From assembly GCA_045655105.1 (NCBI GenBank), contig JAZOOQ010000043.1, positions 3,204 to 67,203 of the forward strand: 64,000 bases of DNA. The letters run 5' to 3'. Positions 1-8,080 of the stretch are shown here, one piece after another; positions within the stretch are counted from its first letter, which is position 1; every line of letters starts with the position of its first letter. Source of the stretch: Alphaproteobacteria bacterium (GTDB lineage Bacteria > Pseudomonadota > Alphaproteobacteria > CAAHEQ01 > UBA3637). The position numbers and the translations under genes were made by a program. The notes under the pieces were generated by a model. The model was not told where the DNA came from. It was given only the letters and a program-made list of their open reading frames with translations, and did not search any database.

Positions 1-1
1 T

Positions 2-163
2 GTTGATTATGACGAAAAACACAAAATATATATCGAAAATATCAAAAAACGTGATGATTATATAAAAAATCAGCGATCATTAGGTCAATCACCACAGTAT
101 ATTTCAAAACGGATTCAACAACTTTATCCAACATTACACCATTATGAAAAGATAAGAGAGTAG
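2..163 (+). CDS. 3' end of an upstream ORF (partial, unknown function)
   Basis: The frame is open from the window edge to TAG at 161-163 (...LYPTLHHYEKIRE*). The stop lies 1 nt before the ATG of the next gene, which suggests an operon. No motif recognised. Confidence 0.3.
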   Translation, partial: VDYDEKHKIYIENIKKRDDYIKNQRSLGQSPQYISKRIQQLYPTLHHYEKIRE

Positions 164-164
164 T

Positions 165-1241
165 ATGAAACAACTTATAAAACCAAAAGCATTACAAAAA
201 GGTGATACAATTGCGGTAGTTTCATTATCGTGGGGTGGCGCAGGTCAGTTTTTAGATTATTACCATTGTGCAAAAAAACAGTTTGAAACAGCATTTGATG
301 TTAAACTTATAGAAATGGCGCATACATTATCAGATCCACGAGTTTTATCTGAACACCCAGAATATAGACTTGATGATTTAATGCAAGCTTTTTTAGATCC
401 TAATGTTAAAGCAATTTTAACAACTATTGGAGGTGATGATACAATTCGGTTGTTATCTTTTATGACTGATGATCACTTTCAAGTTATTCAGTCACATCCT
501 AAAATTTTTATGGGAATGTCTGATACAACAGTCAATCATTTTATGTGTTATAAAGCAGGTATTTCCTCGTTTTATAGTCCTAGTTTGATGTTTGGGTATG
601 CTGAGTTTGGAGGGATTCCTGATTTTATTATTCAGAATACAAAAAAAACACTATTCTCGACACAAAATATTGGAAATTTACCGGAAAGTTCTCAATATAT
701 TATAGAGAGTTTTGATTGGGGCATGACAGATTTTTCTCCTCGTCAAAGAATGTTATCTCCTAAATGGAAATATATTCAAGGAACACATCCTGTTCAGGGA
801 AGATTATTGGGCGGTTGTATGGAAGTATTGAGTATGATGAATGGTAGTAATATTTGGCCTATTGGGTCTGATTGGGATAATGCAATTTTATTCTTGGAAA
901 CAAGTGAAGAAAGACAACCTCCTTCACAGTTAAAATACTTTTTAAGAAATTTAGGTTCACAAGGGATTTTAAATCGCATTAAGGGAATTTTATTTGCACG
1001 ACCCGGTGGTGAATTTTCGGAAAAAGAGGTTTTAGAACAAGAAAAATGGTTAAATCAATATTCTCAATTTGATGAAGTGCTTTTGCAAGTAGCTAAAGAA
1101 TATAATCGAATGGATTTATGTATAGTAACTCATATGGATTTCGGACATACGGTTCCCCAATTAATTTTGCCGATGGGAATGTTAACGAAAATAGACCCCA
1201 TTAGACAAAGGATTTCATTTTTAGAAAGAGCTGTTGAATAG
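165..1241 (+). CDS. S66-family serine peptidase (LD-carboxypeptidase / MccF-like)
   Basis: 358-aa ORF with S66 hallmarks in the expected order: nucleophile motif FMGMSDTT, acidic LFLETSEE, and C-terminal MDFGHT (the Ser-Glu-His pattern of LdcA/MccF). Its length is closer to MccF-type proteins than to ~300-aa LdcA. Confidence 0.8.
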   Translation: MKQLIKPKALQKGDTIAVVSLSWGGAGQFLDYYHCAKKQFETAFDVKLIEMAHTLSDPRVLSEHPEYRLDDLMQAFLDPNVKAILTTIGGDDTIRLLSFMTDDHFQVIQSHPKIFMGMSDTTVNHFMCYKAGISSFYSPSLMFGYAEFGGIPDFIIQNTKKTLFSTQNIGNLPESSQYIIESFDWGMTDFSPRQRMLSPKWKYIQGTHPVQGRLLGGCMEVLSMMNGSNIWPIGSDWDNAILFLETSEERQPPSQLKYFLRNLGSQGILNRIKGILFARPGGEFSEKEVLEQEKWLNQYSQFDEVLLQVAKEYNRMDLCIVTHMDFGHTVPQLILPMGMLTKIDPIRQRISFLERAVE

Positions 1242-1245
1242 TTGA

Positions 1246-2343
1246 TTATCTTTGTCGATAGAGAGGGTCTGTTTTATCTAACAACCGTTTCATAAACTCT
1301 TTTTTCTTAGAATAGAGAAAAGATTGAATTTTGCAATCTCCATAATTTTCATCCATTCTATTTAGTATTTCTAAACGCCTTTTATTTCTCATTAAAACAG
1401 ATAATGGGGTTTCTAATAATGATCCTAGATTAAACTCAGGCGCAAGTGGGGTATTGCATGCTCCAAACCCATAAGGAGACATTAAAAGATCTCCTGTTGG
1501 TGTTAACCCCATTACATTGCGAGATATTTGGCAAGGATTAATTTCACCTTCTTTGGGGTATAAATTCTTTAATGAACAAATCAAATTAATTTTTGGGTAC
1601 TTGTATTTTTCTTCTAAATTTTTTAAAAGATTTATGCCTGCTTTATATTCTGAAGCTGTTGGAATATTTGTTTGTATTTGATTTCGACCAACAAAAGGAA
1701 CGATGCGCATTAATAAATGATTTTGTATGCCTGCTTCGTGTAATGCAAAAAACATATCTCTCAGAAGCTTTGGATTTAAATTATCTTTTGTTAGAGTACA
1801 TTCTGTTTGAACAGAAACATTGTTTTTTATAAATTCTTGAGCAATTCTTAGATTATCTGTAACATAATTTTCGCTTCTGTATTCTAGTGCGCGTGTTTTA
1901 TATGGATTATCAAAAGCACAATTATATTGAGAAATATATTTAGAAACATAGGGTATATCGTCTATTTTTATTCCTTTAGATGTTGTAACAAGGCTTAAAT
2001 TATCACGGCCAAATTTTTGAGATGCAGCAACTAAAAATTGCAAATTTTCAGGATTCAATAAGGCATCTCCACCAGAAATTTGAAGTTCTAAATCCGGAAC
2101 ATCTAGTTGGGTTAATATTTTCATTTTATCAGAATAGGATAACTCCAAGCCCTTTTTTGCCAATTCATGAGATGCCTGGGTATACATATTTTGTTGATTT
2201 CTTTTAATAGATAATGTTTCTTTTAAAGCATTATATTGAATTTCTAACAGACCATTTTTTTCCGTTGGTTTAATTGAATCTACACAACAAATGGAACATG
2301 CATGTGGACAAAGATATGTTATATTGTAAATTATTCCAACCAT
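1246..2343 (-). CDS. Radical SAM enzyme with extra C-terminal cysteines (SPASM/twitch-like?)
   Basis: 365-aa ORF with an N-terminal CxxxCxxC (CPHACSIC) and SGGDALL (GGE-like SAM motif). Additional Cys residues near the C-terminus (NPCQ, GFGACN, YGDCK). AAAGGAGA RBS upstream of the ATG. Confidence 0.8.
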   Translation of the reverse strand: MVGIIYNITYLCPHACSICCVDSIKPTEKNGLLEIQYNALKETLSIKRNQQNMYTQASHELAKKGLELSYSDKMKILTQLDVPDLELQISGGDALLNPENLQFLVAASQKFGRDNLSLVTTSKGIKIDDIPYVSKYISQYNCAFDNPYKTRALEYRSENYVTDNLRIAQEFIKNNVSVQTECTLTKDNLNPKLLRDMFFALHEAGIQNHLLMRIVPFVGRNQIQTNIPTASEYKAGINLLKNLEEKYKYPKINLICSLKNLYPKEGEINPCQISRNVMGLTPTGDLLMSPYGFGACNTPLAPEFNLGSLLETPLSVLMRNKRRLEILNRMDENYGDCKIQSFLYSKKKEFMKRLLDKTDPLYRQR

Positions 2344-2364
2344 GAAGTATCTCCTTTGAATGGT

Positions 2365-2393
2365 ATTATATTGAATATTTTTTATTTTGTCAA
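2365..2393 (-). promoter_or_regulatory. Consensus sigma70-type promoter of the radical SAM gene
   Basis: On the minus strand: TTGACA (2393-2388), a 17-nt spacer, then TATAAT (2370-2365). The RBS and the ATG at 2343 follow. Confidence 0.55.
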
Positions 2394-2504
2394 TTTTTGA
2401 TTGTATAGAAACATTTATTTATATTTAACAAAATTTGTTGAAAAAAGTTTAAAGGAATCTTTTAAAACTCGCCAATATGAATAGCTAATAAAGTCTGTGT
2501 ATTA

Positions 2505-2690
2505 CCAGCCACCTATAGCGTTTAAAAAAAGCCGCCTTTGGGCGGTTTTTTTATTGGCTAGGTGAGGGGATTTGACCAACGGATGAGTTGGTTTGTTCAC
2601 GAAGCGTTAGCGAAGTAGAGGCCATAGGCGGTCCCGAGTTTGCGAGGGATAAATTGCCCTGCAATTTACAATCCAGCCACCCCAGCCACA
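2505..2690. repeat. GC-rich structured ~175-bp element, copy A (candidate sRNA gene or MITE-like insertion)
   Basis: Bounded by CCAGCCAC at 2505-2512 and at 2673-2680/2682-2689. Contains hairpin CCGCC-TTTG-GGCGG flanked by A7/T7 (2524-2552), TTATTGG, internal hairpins (CCAAC-GGATGA-GTTGG; TAAATTG-CCCTG-CAATTTA), then ACAATCCAGCCACCCCAGCCA. Collinear with copy B at 4535-4717. Visibly much more GC-rich than its surroundings. Confidence 0.6.
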
Positions 2691-2698
2691 TTTAATAA

Positions 2699-2722
2699 AG
2701 GACGAGAAATTGTCCTTTTTTC
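2699..2722 (+). terminator. Intrinsic terminator-like hairpin
   Basis: AGGAC-GAGAAATT-GTCCT followed by T6 on the plus strand, directly after element A. Confidence 0.45.
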
Positions 2723-3021
2723 TTTATAAATCAAGCATTTGAATTAGTTCGAAGATGAATATATTTTGATAGCTTGTTTTACAACATCTTCGAACTTGCT
2801 TCTATATTTTTCAATAACTTAGCAAATTTCAGCCTTTTTTGAGCAGAAAAATGAACCTCTGCGAATTTTTGCATAGGTTAAATAAAAAATATTTAATAAA
2901 AAATATTTATGCAATCTTTTTTACTGAGTAAGTATATATTGTATTCAATAATTCAAATCCAACTGCTTGATAACATTTATCTTCTGCTAAAATTAACATA
3001 AGCTTTACTTGTATAAAACAT

Positions 3022-3519
3022 TTACCTTAAATAACTAACAAAATCAGCTAAAGCAAGTTCATATTGTACATAAGATAGATCTGCGGCTTTAAATTTTTCT
3101 TTAAACCCTAACTGTGTATACACATGTTTTGCAATATTGTTTGCATTTGAGACATTAATCTGAATTATTTTATAACATTTATTATGAAATAACTCTTGAA
3201 TAAAAAGAGATAAAATCTTTTTTCCAAATCCTTTATTTTGAAAATCTTGTTCACAAATCTTAATACCAATTTCCACATAAAAGTCTTTTATTTTTTTATA
3301 ATGCATTTCTCCTACAGAAGCATTATCTATTTCAATTATAAAATGACATCTATCCTCTGTATCTTTTTGTAGAAGAGATATTACTTTTTCCGAAGTTGTA
3401 CCTAATCCGTTTGGAAAACCAGCATGCGCCATAACTTTTCCATCGTTCCACCAAGAAACCAATTGGGGAACATCCGTTATTTGCGCTTTTCTAATAACTA
3501 AATTTTGAAACCTTAACAT
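3022..3519 (-). CDS. GNAT-family N-acetyltransferase (AAC(6')/RimL-like subgroup)
   Basis: 165-aa ORF with N-terminal WWNDGKVMAHAGFP (typical of the Acetyltransf_8-like subgroup). The acetyl-CoA pocket motif QNKGFGKK matches the Q/RxxGxG/A pattern. Confidence 0.8.
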   Translation of the reverse strand: MLRFQNLVIRKAQITDVPQLVSWWNDGKVMAHAGFPNGLGTTSEKVISLLQKDTEDRCHFIIEIDNASVGEMHYKKIKDFYVEIGIKICEQDFQNKGFGKKILSLFIQELFHNKCYKIIQINVSNANNIAKHVYTQLGFKEKFKAADLSYVQYELALADFVSYLR

Positions 3520-3706
3520 TTTTAATACTGATTATAAATTACACTTATAAACATATACCACAAAATATATCTTAATGCAATAATAAACTCTATATTTGCG
3601 TACAGGCTTCTAAGGTTAGCTATAAATTGTAATATTTTATTGTAATTTTATTGACTTTCCTCCATAGATATTGGTAATATTCATGTAATCACTTACAGAT
3701 ATTGAA

Positions 3707-4318
3707 TTATTTTTTATTTGTTTTTAACCAAAATCGTAACTCTATGTTATTTTTATTAATGGGATGATAAGGATTGGATTTAAAAATATCACAGTCTTTT
3801 AAAGCTAAAGGTGTTTCAATTCTTCCGCCCCATTCGTTCATTCTTCCAATAATTGTCCGATAAGAGGCCTCATTTCTGGCATCACAAGTTACCAGAATTT
3901 CAGGCAGGCTCAGTTTCTCACGACAATAGTCCAAGGATAAATCCAAACCAATTTTTGCATAACCGTGCTTTCTGGCAGACGGTCGAATAACATACCCAAT
4001 ATGCCCCCCAAACTCGCTAAGGGCAGGTGTTAATCTGTGGCGAATACTAAAACGCCCCAGAATGTCTTTTGTATTTGTGTCCACAAGCCATAACGTGCTG
4101 TCTGGTACATGTCCTTCTTTTAAACCAATTCCGGCTTGGGCATCTAGTAGAGGCTTCACCTTATAGGAATAAAAATTTTCTTTCAATTGTTTTTTATCGA
4201 AAGAGGCATATTTTGTATATTGACCAAAAAACGGATCCTTAGCTTCCACCAATTCATCCACAAATCTTAAAAAAGATTCCTGGTATTCAAGAGTTGGATT
4301 TATCAATTCAAAAGACAT
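3707..4318 (-). CDS. GNAT-fold acetyltransferase (COG3981-like)
   Basis: 203-aa ORF. GGHIGYVIRPSARKHGYA and LVTCDARNEASYRTI match my memory of the COG3981 predicted acetyltransferase family pattern. Confidence 0.7.
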   Translation of the reverse strand: MSFELINPTLEYQESFLRFVDELVEAKDPFFGQYTKYASFDKKQLKENFYSYKVKPLLDAQAGIGLKEGHVPDSTLWLVDTNTKDILGRFSIRHRLTPALSEFGGHIGYVIRPSARKHGYAKIGLDLSLDYCREKLSLPEILVTCDARNEASYRTIIGRMNEWGGRIETPLALKDCDIFKSNPYHPINKNNIELRFWLKTNKK

Positions 4319-4534
4319 CTGTTATTCTCCTTTCATTTTAGTGGCTTCCGTTTCAAGCTAACATACAAAACCGAAAATTGCAATGCTAAATTTTAAATTT
4401 AGTTCCGGAAATTGATTTAATTTATGGCGTGTTTAAAACTATGATTTAATTACATTTGCTGTATTTTACTGAATGAGCGACTTAAAAAATACTCATTTAC
4501 CTATCCCAAGTAGTTTGTATATTGTACAGAAAGT

Positions 4535-4717
4535 CCAGCCAATAAAAATCCCCCGTTTATCGGGGGGGGTTATTGGTTTGGTATCTCGGGCGAGAACCAA
4601 TGTTCGGTGAACGAGGATTCATTTGTATCCGAGTGAGAGACGCCCTTGGGCGGTCGCAAGCATAAGCGCGCGATGAAATGTGCGAAGCCATTTCACAATC
4701 CATGGTAGCCCAGCCAA
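4535..4717. repeat. GC-rich structured ~175-bp element, copy B (paralog of 2505-2690)
   Basis: Bounded by CCAGCCAA at 4535-4542 and 4710-4717. Contains hairpin TCCCCCG-TTTAT-CGGGGGG (T5 follows on the minus strand), TTATTGG, long hairpin ATTGGTT...AACCAAT, hairpin GAAATG-TGCGAAGC-CATTTC, then ACAATCCATGGTAGCCCAGCCA. The module order matches copy A, with compensatory stem changes. Confidence 0.6.
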
Positions 4718-5090
4718 AACAGACAAGTCGCTAGAAATAGCTTCAATTCCGACATCAATTCATTTTGCGTTGCCGCTTGAATTCATTGTGTCTCATTGCT
4801 TCTGAGCATAAAAACAATTCGCTGGATTGTTTTTATTTGCGCAGTCTTTATTTTACAAGCACTTATACCGGTCCGTGTATAGTGTTTTTCAAAAAGCCTA
4901 TTTTTCAGCCCTACACGGACTTTAAGCTCAAAAAATCCTTTGTTTTCAATACTTCTATCTTGGAATCTCAATTTTTTATCCCAGAGATATCATGGGGTAA
5001 TCAGAGTTGATTTTAATGTGAAATACTTATTGTATTCTGATAAAATATAAGATAGTATCTCTTTGTTTAGAATATATTAAAGGAAGCAAA

Positions 5091-5717
5091 ATGAATTATC
5101 CTTTATCTAAGAAAAGTGATTTATGCGAGATTTGTCCTTTTAAAGAGGCTTTTTTTGTTCCTTGTTGGCATGTGGGTGAAGAAGCTGAAGTGCTTTTTGT
5201 TGGAAAGACGGCGCGGGCCTCAGAAAATAAATCAACAAAATATTGGAAAAACAGGGCTTCAGAGTTATTTTTAAACAGTTCTTGGCCCTATTGGCGATAT
5301 ACAAAAGAAATCGCAACATATATTTATGGAGATAATGCTTGGAATAAAATAGCTATGACGAATTTGATTAAATGTAATCTGGGGTCAACAAAAGATATGA
5401 CTTCTGATTCTGTGAAAGATTTTTGCATTGTTAAGCAACAATTTATTGCAACAGAAATTAATCAAATTAACCCTAAAAAAATTATTTTTTACACGCATCC
5501 TCATTACGATAGATATCTAAAAAAAATTTTTCAAATTGAGCAAGAAAAACACTTAATGGTTATATTGGGTAAAAAAAAGGTTGATTTTTGGTTTTTTAAT
5601 ATAACCCTAAATGGGAAAAAGATTTCGTGTTTACGAACAGGGCACCCAGAAAGAAAAAAGAAAATAGATTTTGTGCAAGAAACGATTCAATTTTTAACAA
5701 AAAGGGAAGAAATATAA
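5091..5717 (+). CDS. Divergent uracil-DNA glycosylase superfamily (family 4-like fold) protein
   Basis: 208-aa ORF with an AAGGAAG RBS. The layout resembles family 4 UDGs: VLFVGKTA in place of the GE(A/G)PG motif, TNLIKCN...DFC, and C-terminal GHPERKK (HPS/HPA-like motif B). Confidence 0.5.
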   Translation: MNYPLSKKSDLCEICPFKEAFFVPCWHVGEEAEVLFVGKTARASENKSTKYWKNRASELFLNSSWPYWRYTKEIATYIYGDNAWNKIAMTNLIKCNLGSTKDMTSDSVKDFCIVKQQFIATEINQINPKKIIFYTHPHYDRYLKKIFQIEQEKHLMVILGKKKVDFWFFNITLNGKKISCLRTGHPERKKKIDFVQETIQFLTKREEI

Positions 5718-5718
5718 A

Positions 5719-7470
5719 ATGTATGATATTTTGCAAAACATTAACAAACCTGCAGATTTAAAAGCTTTAAATAATGAACAATTAATTGCGTTGGCCAGCG
5801 AAATGCGCGAAGCTATCTTAAACCGCAACAGCACGATAGGTGGGCATGTTGGCCCAAATTTAGGCATTGTTGAAACGGCAATTGCATTGCATTATGTGTT
5901 TAATTCGCCAACAGATAAAATTATATGGGATGTTTCGCACCAATGCTATCCGCATAAACTTTTAACGGGTCGAAAAGAAGGTTTTATAACTGATGACGGC
6001 ATGAAAAAGATTTCTGGTTACACAAACCAAGATGAAAGTGAACATGACTTTTTTAAGATCGGTCATACCTCAACTTCGATTAGTTTGGCTTGTGGATTAG
6101 CCAAAGCGCGTGATTTAAAAAATGAAAAGCATAATGTGATTGCTGTGATTGGTGATGGGTCACTTTCTGGGGGTGAAGCATTAGAAGGGTTTAATAATGC
6201 TTCGGTTTTGAATTCAAATATTATCATTATTATAAACGATAATGAAATGTCAATTGCCGAAAACCAAGGTGGCTTATATGAAAACTTGCGGTTGCTTCGA
6301 AAAACCAATGGGTTAGCTGAGCTTAATTTATTTAAAGCATTGGGTTTTGAGTATCATTATGTTGCTGATGGCAATTCTGTTCAAGATATGATCGAGGCCG
6401 TATCATCTTTAAAAGATACAAATAAACCAACTGTTTTGCATATTCATACAGTTAAAGGAAAAGGATATAAATTTGCCGAAGAAGATAAAGAAACATGGCA
6501 TTGGAACGGGCCTTTTCATATTGAAGATGGCAGATCAAAATGGAATATGTCTGGTGAAAACATTAATGATTTAACTTATAACTATCTTTTAGAAAAAATT
6601 AAAACAGATGACTCAATTGTTGCTGTTAATGCAGGAACGCCTGGTGTTTTTGGATTAAATGCTGAAAGACGCGAGGCCTTAGGCAAGCATTTTGTTGATG
6701 TTGGTATTGCTGAAGAACATGCTGTTGCTTTTTCTTCTGGCTTAGCAAAAGGCGGAGCAAAGCCAATTTATTTGGTGATGAGCTCATTTATTCAACGCAC
6801 ATATGACCAACTTTCTCAAGATTTGGCATTGAATAATAATTCAGCTGTTATTTTGGTTGCTTGGGGTGGAATATCTGGATCTGATATGACTCACTTATGT
6901 TCTTTTGATATTTCTATGATTAGTAATATTCCAAATTTGGTATATCTTGCGCCAACAACAGTTGAAGAATATCTGTCCATGCTTGATTGGGCTGTTGAGC
7001 AAAATGAACATCCAGTGATTATTCGTCAGCCAAAAGAAATGATTCATTCTTCTTTGCCTGTTGAGGCTGATTATGGTAAATTAAACACTTATAAAATTGA
7101 AGAAAAAGGTAGCCAAGTTGCCATTATTGCTGAAGGAAGCTTTTTTAAGCTTGGCAAGATGGTTGCTAAAGAACTTGGTAAACATCATATTAAACCAACT
7201 TTGGTTAATCCACGTTATTTAACTGGAATTGATAAAGAATGCCTGAAAAATTTAAAAGATGAGCATCAGTTGGTTATCACTTTAGAAGATGGCGAGCTTG
7301 ATGGTGGTTTTGGCGAAAAGATAACCCGTTTTTATGGGGTAAGCGATATGAAAGTATTAAATTATGGGTCATTTAAGGAATTTACAGATAGAGTGAGTTT
7401 GGATGAGCTTTACACACGTTATCGCTTAAAGCCAGAACTGATCGTTCAAGATATATTGGATATATTATAA
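5719..7470 (+). CDS. dxs: 1-deoxy-D-xylulose-5-phosphate synthase family (TPP-dependent) enzyme
   Basis: 583-aa ORF. The N-terminus is collinear with DXS: GGHVGPNLGIVETAIALHYVF, IIWDVSHQCYPHKLLTGR (canonical DVGHQAYPHKILTGR), and TPP motif VIGDGSLSGGEALEGFNNA...NDN. Transketolase-like middle (VGIAEEHAV) and C-terminal domains. It is shorter than, and slightly divergent from, typical proteobacterial DXS. Its start is 1 nt after the preceding stop. Confidence 0.75.
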   Translation: MYDILQNINKPADLKALNNEQLIALASEMREAILNRNSTIGGHVGPNLGIVETAIALHYVFNSPTDKIIWDVSHQCYPHKLLTGRKEGFITDDGMKKISGYTNQDESEHDFFKIGHTSTSISLACGLAKARDLKNEKHNVIAVIGDGSLSGGEALEGFNNASVLNSNIIIIINDNEMSIAENQGGLYENLRLLRKTNGLAELNLFKALGFEYHYVADGNSVQDMIEAVSSLKDTNKPTVLHIHTVKGKGYKFAEEDKETWHWNGPFHIEDGRSKWNMSGENINDLTYNYLLEKIKTDDSIVAVNAGTPGVFGLNAERREALGKHFVDVGIAEEHAVAFSSGLAKGGAKPIYLVMSSFIQRTYDQLSQDLALNNNSAVILVAWGGISGSDMTHLCSFDISMISNIPNLVYLAPTTVEEYLSMLDWAVEQNEHPVIIRQPKEMIHSSLPVEADYGKLNTYKIEEKGSQVAIIAEGSFFKLGKMVAKELGKHHIKPTLVNPRYLTGIDKECLKNLKDEHQLVITLEDGELDGGFGEKITRFYGVSDMKVLNYGSFKEFTDRVSLDELYTRYRLKPELIVQDILDIL

Positions 7471-7595
7471 AGTTGGCTTTAAATTAACAAAAGTTTGTAT
7501 TTATATTTAACAAAAAAATGATTGCATAAATGAATATAGAGTGATAAAACTTTAGTTGAGTTTAAAATGGCTTTATATGAAAGGATATTCTATCA

Positions 7596-8003
7596 ATGAA
7601 AAAATATTTATCAATTGCTATTGCAGCGTTGTTTTTATCAGGATGTGCCTCCATTGTGAGAGATGGTTATCAATCTGTTCCTGTTCAAGCAAATGTTGAT
7701 AATGTTGATATTGAAATCACAAATTCTCAAGGTGCATTGGTTTATAAAGGTCAAGCTCCAACAACTGTTATGTTGAAAACATCAAAATCAGGTTATTTTA
7801 GCCCTGAAAAATATACTTTGAAAGCTTCAAAACCAGGATATGCAACACGCTATGGAACAATTGATTGGCATGTCAGCAATTGGTATATTTTGGGTAACTT
7901 AGTGTTTGGTGGTATTTTTGGATGGTTTATTGTTGATCCATTAACAGGGCATATGTATTATTTAGATGAAGTTGCTTCTGTTCAATTGCCAACAGAACAA
8001 TAA
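7596..8003 (+). CDS. Small lipoprotein, unknown function
   Basis: 135-aa ORF with a signal peptide and lipobox (ALFLSGCAS) and a hydrophobic C-terminal segment. An intrinsic terminator follows. Confidence 0.6.
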   Translation: MKKYLSIAIAALFLSGCASIVRDGYQSVPVQANVDNVDIEITNSQGALVYKGQAPTTVMLKTSKSGYFSPEKYTLKASKPGYATRYGTIDWHVSNWYILGNLVFGGIFGWFIVDPLTGHMYYLDEVASVQLPTEQ

Positions 8004-8028
8004 GTTGTTCATTTAATAAATAAAAAAA

Positions 8029-8055
8029 ACTCTCAATATATTGGGAGTTTTTTGT
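8029..8055 (+). terminator. Intrinsic terminator
   Basis: ACTCTCAA-TATA-TTGGGAGT followed by T6. The stem sequence is nearly identical to the terminator at 9801-9831. Confidence 0.7.
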
Positions 8056-8080
8056 TTTATGCGTTGTCATATAGTTACTA

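Noticed and set aside
794-979. Short ORFs from the six-frame track that lie inside or antisense to larger genes. Examples: 794-979, 1593-1832, 2022-2207, 6063-6308, 11442-11660, 19426-19617, 21588-21920, 22809-23159, 26017-26346, 26835-27278, 32481-32729, 35659-35910, 46216-46605, 49148-49381, 59463-59792, 61281-61712.
   Set aside because: Each is embedded in a longer ORF with clear family motifs on the other strand or frame. They lack an RBS and have the low-complexity composition expected of chance ORFs in AT-rich DNA.
4765-5010. Overlapping 81-aa (+) and 62-aa (-) ORFs in the spacer upstream of the UDG-like gene.
   Set aside because: They have no RBS and no motif, and they overlap each other. 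The region instead contains hairpins (for example AAAAACAAT-TCGCTGG-ATTGTTTTT) and looks non-coding.
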